This document shows positions 58,477 to 64,000 of a DNA stretch of 64,000 bases, one piece after another. The translations under genes were made by a program, and so were the position numbers. The notes beneath the pieces are model-generated. The model made no database searches. It was not told where the DNA came from and was given only the letters and a program-made list of their open reading frames with translations. Positions within the stretch are counted from its first letter, which is position 1. Each line of letters begins with the position of its first letter. This DNA comes from Chloroflexota bacterium (lineage in GTDB: Bacteria > Chloroflexota > Dehalococcoidia > Lucifugimonadales > UBA3495), in the NCBI GenBank assembly GCA_027623675.1, contig JAQBVF010000009.1, positions 42,113 to 106,112 of the forward strand. Reading direction: 5' to 3'.

Positions 58477-58678
58477 GATTATATCACCGTCCAACCCAAG
58501 CGTCATATTGGCGCGTTGTTCTCAAGCACGGGCCTCGTCCCATTGCCAGCCAAGCTAGCCGGGTCTCGGCGCGGCAGGCGGCCTGCCATAAGCGGGGGCT
58601 GGCCGGACCGGTTCTGAAAAGGGCCAAATCGGCCGATTTTGAGGCTAGATCGGCCCCAGCCCATGTTATGATAAGCCC

Positions 58679-60913
58679 ATGACTACCGGCACCTCATTAC
58701 TGGAAGGACTCAACCCCGCGCAGAAGGAAGCCGTCGAAACGGTCGACGGTCCTCTGCTCATCGTGGCCGGGCCGGGCAGCGGCAAAACCCGTGTTATCAC
58801 CCACCGAATCGCCTACCTGGTACGCGAGTACGGCGTCAGCCCCTACAACATCCTGGCCATGACCTTCACCAACAAGGCCGCCAGGGAGATGCGGGAACGC
58901 CTGGACCGCCTGGTCGGCTCCCGCAGCGATTCCCTGACGGTGGGCACGTTTCACTCGTTCTGCGCCAAGCTGCTCCGTTGGGACGGCCATCACCTGGGCC
59001 TGGCCTCCAACTACTCCATCTACGATGCCGACGACCAGGCCAGCATCATCAAATCAAGCATGGAACTGGCCGACGTCGACCCCAAGCGCAACCCGCCCCG
59101 CGCCGTGCTCAGCGCGATATCCAAGGCCAAGAACCAGCTGTGGGACTCCCGGACCTTCACCAAGAACGCCGACGGCTATTTCGAAGAGCGCTGCGCCCAG
59201 GTCTACCACCACTACGAAGAGAAACTGGCCACCAACAACGCCCTGGACTTCGACGACCTTTTGATGAAGTCGGTCCAGCTCCTCCAGGAGTTTCCCGAGG
59301 TCCGGAAGAAATACCAGGACCGCTACCAATACATCATGGTGGACGAGTTCCAAGACACCAACGTGGCCCAATACCGCCTGGCCCGGTTCCTGGGCGAGAG
59401 CCACCAGAACGTCTGCGTGGTGGGCGACCCCGACCAGTCGATCTACTCCTGGCGCAGCGCCGACATCCGGAACATCTTGAGCTTCCAGCAGGACTATCCC
59501 AGCTCCAAGACCGTCACTCTCGACCAGAACTACCGGTCGACCTCCACCATTCTGGACGCCGCCAAGAGCCTCATCTCGATCAACGGCCAGCGGATCCCAA
59601 AGGACCTGTTCACCGACAACGACAAGGGCAAGCTGGTGGAGGTGCGTGAGGCGTACGACGAGGGTGAGGAGGCAGCGTTCGTGGTCTCCGAGTCGGAGCG
59701 TTTGGCGCGGGAAGAGGGCTTCAAACCCGGCGATTGCGCCATCATGTACCGGGTCAACGCCCAGTCGCGCGCGCTGGAAGAAGCCTGCCTGCGCCGGGGG
59801 ACAAAGTACCGGCTGGTGGGCGGCGTTCGTTTCTACAAACGGCGCGAGGTCAAAGACCTGATGGCCTATTTGCACATGGTCTATAACCCCCATGACGACG
59901 TCAACCTGGGGCGGGTGATCAACGTGCCGCCCAGGGGCATCGGCGCCAAGTCGATGCAGCAAATGGCCGACTACGCCCGCGGCAAGAACCTACAGTTGTT
60001 CGCCGCCATGCAGGATGTCGCCGCCGCCAGGCTGGGCGGAGAACCCTGCCCGGTCTCCATCACCGCCCGCGCCGCCACGTCCATCGCCGACTTCGCGGTC
60101 ACGATGGAGAAGCTCATCGAGTTGAGCCGCCAGGCGCCGGTGGTCGACCTGGTCGACCGCGTGCTTGAGGAAACCGGATTCCGCAGCTTCATCCAGAGCA
60201 GCGACGACCGGCCCCAGGAGCGGTGGGAGAACATCCTGGAACTGCGGAACACCGCCCAGGAGTTCAACGCGGAGACGCCGCCCGACGGCCTGGCCACCCT
60301 GCTGGAACGCCTGGCCCTGGTCGCCGACGTGGACAACTACGAAGACGACGATGACTCCATCACCCTGATCACACTGCACCAGGCCAAGGGGCTGGAGTTC
60401 CCGGTGGTGTTCATGGTCGGCATGGAGGAGGGCCTACTGCCCCACAGCCGGTCCATGGAGTCCGAGGACCAGCTTGAGGAGGAGCGGCGTCTCTGCTACG
60501 TGGGCATGACCCGCGCCGAGAAGCGTCTCTACCTGACCCGCGCCTTCCGCCGGTCGCTGATGGGCAGCACCCAGGCCGGACCGGCATCCCGGTTCCTGCG
60601 GGATATCCCCGCCGAGTTGATCGCCGCCGGCACGGGCGACCACTCCATCGACCGGTCCAAAAACGCACTGCCTCCCAAGCGGCCTTCCTGGAACGATTGG
60701 CAGGCCCCCACGCCAACGATCAACCGCAACCAGCCCGCCGTCGAACGGCCCACGCTACAGATCGGCGACTCGGTGCGCCACGGCTCCTTCGGCGAGGGGG
60801 TGGTCACCGGACTGGAAGTCACGGCCGCCGACACCGAGGTCACCATCGAGTTCGCGGGCGGCGTGGGCGTGAAACGCCTGCTGCTCAGCTTTGCCCCCAT
60901 CGAGAAGATCTAG
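58679..60913 (+). CDS. pcrA: ATP-dependent DNA helicase PcrA/UvrD
   Basis: AGPGSGKT, TFTNKAA, VDEFQDTN, VGDPDQSIY, NYRS, HQAKGLEF, EERRLCYVGMTRA, C-terminal Tudor-like domain. Confidence 0.95.
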   Translation: MTTGTSLLEGLNPAQKEAVETVDGPLLIVAGPGSGKTRVITHRIAYLVREYGVSPYNILAMTFTNKAAREMRERLDRLVGSRSDSLTVGTFHSFCAKLLRWDGHHLGLASNYSIYDADDQASIIKSSMELADVDPKRNPPRAVLSAISKAKNQLWDSRTFTKNADGYFEERCAQVYHHYEEKLATNNALDFDDLLMKSVQLLQEFPEVRKKYQDRYQYIMVDEFQDTNVAQYRLARFLGESHQNVCVVGDPDQSIYSWRSADIRNILSFQQDYPSSKTVTLDQNYRSTSTILDAAKSLISINGQRIPKDLFTDNDKGKLVEVREAYDEGEEAAFVVSESERLAREEGFKPGDCAIMYRVNAQSRALEEACLRRGTKYRLVGGVRFYKRREVKDLMAYLHMVYNPHDDVNLGRVINVPPRGIGAKSMQQMADYARGKNLQLFAAMQDVAAARLGGEPCPVSITARAATSIADFAVTMEKLIELSRQAPVVDLVDRVLEETGFRSFIQSSDDRPQERWENILELRNTAQEFNAETPPDGLATLLERLALVADVDNYEDDDDSITLITLHQAKGLEFPVVFMVGMEEGLLPHSRSMESEDQLEEERRLCYVGMTRAEKRLYLTRAFRRSLMGSTQAGPASRFLRDIPAELIAAGTGDHSIDRSKNALPPKRPSWNDWQAPTPTINRNQPAVERPTLQIGDSVRHGSFGEGVVTGLEVTAADTEVTIEFAGGVGVKRLLLSFAPIEKI

Positions 60914-60946
60914 GCCCAGTCAGCCCGAGATATACAAACTAGTGAT

Positions 60947-62032
60947 ATGCAAGCTGGAGATATGACTGAACCTTCCGGCCAACTGCATTCGAGGCGTGTC
61001 CGGGTGGCCGACTCCCCCCGCGCCATCCAAGACTATCTCTGGGAGCAGGGCTGGACCGACGGCCTGCCGGTGGTGGCCCCCACCGAGCCCCTGGTGCGGG
61101 AGATGCTGTCCGGCTACAGCGGCGACCCGTCCGACTCTTTGGGCCGCATCCAACCGGGCAACTCGCGAGTGACCCTGGAGAAGCTGGCGGTGAACGCGGT
61201 GATGGCCGGCTGCCTGCCCGAGCACTTCCCGGTGGTCGTGGCGGCGCTCAAGGCGGCGCTGCGCGATGAGTTCAACCTGGCCGGCAACGCCGTCACCACC
61301 GGCGGCGCGGCCCAGGTGTTGATCGTGAACGGTCCCATCGCCAAGGAGCTGGGCATCAACGGCGACGCCGCCTGCTTCGGTCCCGGCTTCCGGGCCAACG
61401 CCGCCATCGGCCGGGCGCTGCGGCTGGCCATCCGGAACCTGGGCGGTCTCATCCCCGGCGACATGGACAAGGCCACCCTTTCCACGCCATTCCGCTACAG
61501 CTTCTGTTTCAGCGAGAACGAGGACCTTAGCCCCTGGGAGCCGAGGCATGTAGAACTGGGCTACGACCCCGCAGCCAGCACCGTGACCATCGCCGCCATC
61601 CTGGGCGTCTACAATGTGATGGAGAGCACGGTGGGCACGGGCGTGGAAGTCCTGCGGACCCTCACCGGCAACATGCGCGGCATGGGCATACCTGGCTACT
61701 ACCACCTGGGCACCCGGTCTCAGATCGTACTGGTCCTCTGCCCGGAGCACGCCGCCGAGATCGCCGAGTCGGGCTTTTCCAAGGCCGATGTCCGCGAGTA
61801 CATCTACGCCAACGCCCGCATGCCCATCCGTCAACTCAAAGACCTGGCCCACTACGGCAACCGGGTCTGGCCCAACTGGATCGACCAGACCAACCCCGAC
61901 ACCCTGGTACCGGTCTGCGCGTCGCCCGACGACATCGTGGTCGTGGTGGCCGGGGGCGGAGGCCGCCACTCGGCCTGGATGTCCGGCTGGGTGACGCGGG
62001 TCTGCACCGAGGAGATCGTCACGGCGGGTTGA
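60947..62032 (+). CDS. Conserved hypothetical protein (GWTDGLP-motif family)
   Basis: GWTDGLPVVAPT, EKLAVNAVMAGC, RANAAIGRALRL, FSENEDLSPW, VVVAGG; start at 60947 or 60962. Confidence 0.8.
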   Translation: MQAGDMTEPSGQLHSRRVRVADSPRAIQDYLWEQGWTDGLPVVAPTEPLVREMLSGYSGDPSDSLGRIQPGNSRVTLEKLAVNAVMAGCLPEHFPVVVAALKAALRDEFNLAGNAVTTGGAAQVLIVNGPIAKELGINGDAACFGPGFRANAAIGRALRLAIRNLGGLIPGDMDKATLSTPFRYSFCFSENEDLSPWEPRHVELGYDPAASTVTIAAILGVYNVMESTVGTGVEVLRTLTGNMRGMGIPGYYHLGTRSQIVLVLCPEHAAEIAESGFSKADVREYIYANARMPIRQLKDLAHYGNRVWPNWIDQTNPDTLVPVCASPDDIVVVVAGGGGRHSAWMSGWVTRVCTEEIVTAG

Positions 62033-62238
62033 CGTCCACCGGGCGGGGATGGCCGAATGGTCCGGATGGAACGGGCCAATGGACTCTACATCCCGCCCCC
62101 ACGCCGGAATATCGTGGCGTTGAGAGGCGGCAAACGCCCAGTAAAGTTTGCCGGCCGGCCAAGACCCAGGTAAGATTCACACCCGATCAACCAAGGGACC
62201 GGTCGGGAAGCGTACGAAAGGCTACTAGGAGGGTCGTC

Positions 62239-62475
62239 ATGACTTCAGAGAACCATACGTACAAGGTGATTGAACTAGTGGGATCGTCATCTGAAGGCCT
62301 TCAACCGGCCATCGACGCCGCCATCGCCAGGGCGGCCCGGACCATCCGCAATCTGGACTGGTTCGAGGTCAAGGAGATCCGGGGGAACATCCAAGACGGC
62401 GGCGTGGCTTGGTATCAGGTCAAGGTCGCCATCGGCTTCCGGGTGCTGGACGCGGCGGACCTGGAGAAGGAGTAG
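62239..62475 (+). CDS. Dodecin (flavin-binding)
   Basis: YKVIELVGSS, TIRNLDWFEV, YQVKVAIGF; AGGAGG RBS. Confidence 0.93.
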   Translation: MTSENHTYKVIELVGSSSEGLQPAIDAAIARAARTIRNLDWFEVKEIRGNIQDGGVAWYQVKVAIGFRVLDAADLEKE

Positions 62476-62713
62476 GTCCCCGGGTGGGATGATCACGGTA
62501 ACCTGATAACGTGCCCAAGCGGCCCGAGTGGGCGGCGTGGTCTGCCGCTGGCCCCGTCGTCAAAGACGGACCTGTCGGCCCGGCCCGGCGGGTGCGGACC
62601 GGTGCGTTGGACGGGCGCGGCCTTGCCGGCCGGTTGGAATCCGTGCGGCTGACGCCCCCAAGCCCCATCTTGTGGGACCAGGATAGGCAGAGCAACCGGG
62701 TCAGTTCAACGGC

Positions 62714-63529
62714 TCAGCGTTGCCCCTTGATCTCGTCGATCTCCAGCTCCAGTTCCGCCACGTCCCACCCCAGCTCCACGATGCGGTCCAGGTCAGCCTG
62801 GGCCGCTTGGTCGTTGCCCAGCCGCGTCTGCGCCAGCGCCCGGTCCCAGTACGCGTCGACCATCCCGTCGTTCAGCCGGATCGCCTCGCCGTAGTCCTGC
62901 ACCGCTAGCTGGTACTGGCCCGACGCCCCGTAGGTGTAGGCGCGCTCGAAGTAGACGTCGGCGTCGGCGGGATCGAGCCTGATGGCCTCGGTAAAGTCGG
63001 CGATGGCCCGTGGGTAGTCGCCAAGCTCGGTGTAGCTGTAGCCACGCTCGAAGTAGCTGCTGGAATCGCCGGGCGCCAGGCGGATGGCTTCGCTGAAGTC
63101 GATGATGGCCGCCTCGAGGTCGTCCGTGTCGATATACGCGTAGCCCCGCCGGTAATGGAACCTAAACTCGCCAGGCTCCAGCCTGATCGCCTCGCCGTAA
63201 TCGGCGATGGCCCGCTCAAGCTCACCCAACGCCATGTAGGTCTGCCCCCGCTCGAAGAACGCCACCGCATCATCCGGGTCCAGGGCGATCGCCGCATCAA
63301 ACTCCCCGACCGCCGCCCCAAACGCCCCTGCGTCAAACAGCTCCACCCCCGCCACAACACGGTCGGAGGATGGCAGCCGGGTGGCGGCCGGCTGTTGGGT
63401 GCTAGCCGCGGTTGGCAGGGATGGTGGGGTTGCGTCGGAGGTGCATGCTATCGCCAGCAGCGTGGCGAGTAGGATAGGGAGGCTGGTTAGCATTTTGGGG
63501 AGAGTGGGCATGGTGGGGTAGTTTAGCAT
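62714..63529 (-). CDS. TPR-repeat lipoprotein
   Basis: Lipobox AIAC; repeated 34-aa units (RGxxY...AIADxxEAIRLDP). Confidence 0.9.
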   Translation of the reverse strand: MLNYPTMPTLPKMLTSLPILLATLLAIACTSDATPPSLPTAASTQQPAATRLPSSDRVVAGVELFDAGAFGAAVGEFDAAIALDPDDAVAFFERGQTYMALGELERAIADYGEAIRLEPGEFRFHYRRGYAYIDTDDLEAAIIDFSEAIRLAPGDSSSYFERGYSYTELGDYPRAIADFTEAIRLDPADADVYFERAYTYGASGQYQLAVQDYGEAIRLNDGMVDAYWDRALAQTRLGNDQAAQADLDRIVELGWDVAELELEIDEIKGQR

Positions 63530-63593
63530 TTGGGTGGGTGTATGGCGACGGAGACTGGATGTTTGGTTGGGTTACCCGGTCATGTACGCAGAA

Positions 63594-63614
63594 AAGCACG
63601 TAGACTACGTGCTT
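63594..63614. promoter_or_regulatory. Perfect 10-1-10 palindrome (candidate operator)
   Basis: AAGCACGTAG-A-CTACGTGCTT. Confidence 0.45.
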
Positions 63615-63924
63615 AAACAAAATCGGAATGGCGCCGCGATTATCTGTCAAATTCAACAGATGTCTCGACATGTCCAATCCGGACAATGCCAGTATAATTC
63701 AGTTGACGCTTACGGGCGTCAATTGAATTATGCGGTCGATACGCTGCAGTGGATAACAAGGTGTGCTCAGGTTGCGCGCAATCAGTAAGCTCATGTCTCC
63801 TGCTCTAGTAATATGTTGCGCGATAAGTAGAATTGCCCGTAAGCGTCAATCATCCAACATTCTTTACGGAATTCGATGACGATTGGAACCACCACAACAA
63901 GACAGAAGTTTCTAGCCCTCAAAT

Positions 63925-64000
63925 TAAGGTGGACCCCATTAGTTGGACAGGTTTAGTGCGAAATTAAGTGAGAGTCCCGCCATCTTTCCAGGGTCTGCCA
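63925..64000 (-). mobile_element. Probable IS3-family (IS150-like) terminal inverted repeat; element continues beyond the window
   Basis: TAAGGTGGACCCCATTAGTTGGACAG resembles IS3/IS150 ends (…CCCC-N4-GTTGGACA); a minus-strand frame stops at TAA just inside it; preceded by AT-rich DNA. Confidence 0.45.

Noticed and set aside
57073..58506. N-terminal extension of the aminotransferase (477 aa in the ORF track); likewise argJ to 50451 and the CMD gene to 13417
   Set aside because: Family similarity and RBS begin at downstream ATGs (58182, 50292, 13261); the extensions overlap promoter or leader DNA.
62030..62173. Sec read-through of the terminal TGA of the GWTDGLP protein
   Set aside because: The downstream peptide is low-complexity with no motif, the TGA is not in a redox-motif context, and the protein appears complete.
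1..64000. CRISPR array or Sec machinery genes (selA/selB/selC/selD)
   Set aside because: No regularly spaced 23-47-bp repeats were seen, and the short tandem repeats are too short. No sel genes or tRNA-Sec were recognised in this window.

Overview
GC-rich bacterial chromosomal window. The many luciferase-like monooxygenases, CMD/AhpD proteins, acyl-CoA dehydrogenases and MFS transporters suggest Chloroflexota, probably Dehalococcoidia/SAR202-like (inference). Housekeeping content includes nadE, rsmG, argJ-argB-argD-argG, an Aap-type amino-acid ABC transporter, pcrA, a DEAD-box helicase and tRNA-Lys(TTT). The main finding is hidden from the ORF track by in-frame TGA codons. A minus-strand mercury-resistance operon (14917-18620) has a MerR-type promoter (20-bp spacer, perfect dyad) and runs merR -> glutaredoxin with UxxC -> small Cys-Cys membrane protein -> TlpA-like lipoprotein with UxxC -> merA (no NmerA domain) -> MerT-like transporter whose conserved Cys-Cys is replaced by tandem TGA-TGA (Sec-Sec). 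The two UxxC TGAs are each followed by a strong SECIS-like hairpin, and the tandem TGA by a weaker one. A fourth unannotated candidate selenoprotein (HesB-like, S-S-U-G-G) lies at 37717-38037. No Sec machinery genes are in the window, so Sec decoding is inferred, not shown. Other observations: a candidate sRNA with its own promoter and terminators, a ~290-nt structured leader, a LexA-box-controlled Cys/HTH gene, a quasi-palindrome frameshift, a decayed hicBA pair inside the arg cluster, REP/MITE-like repeats, and a probable IS3-family end at the right edge.
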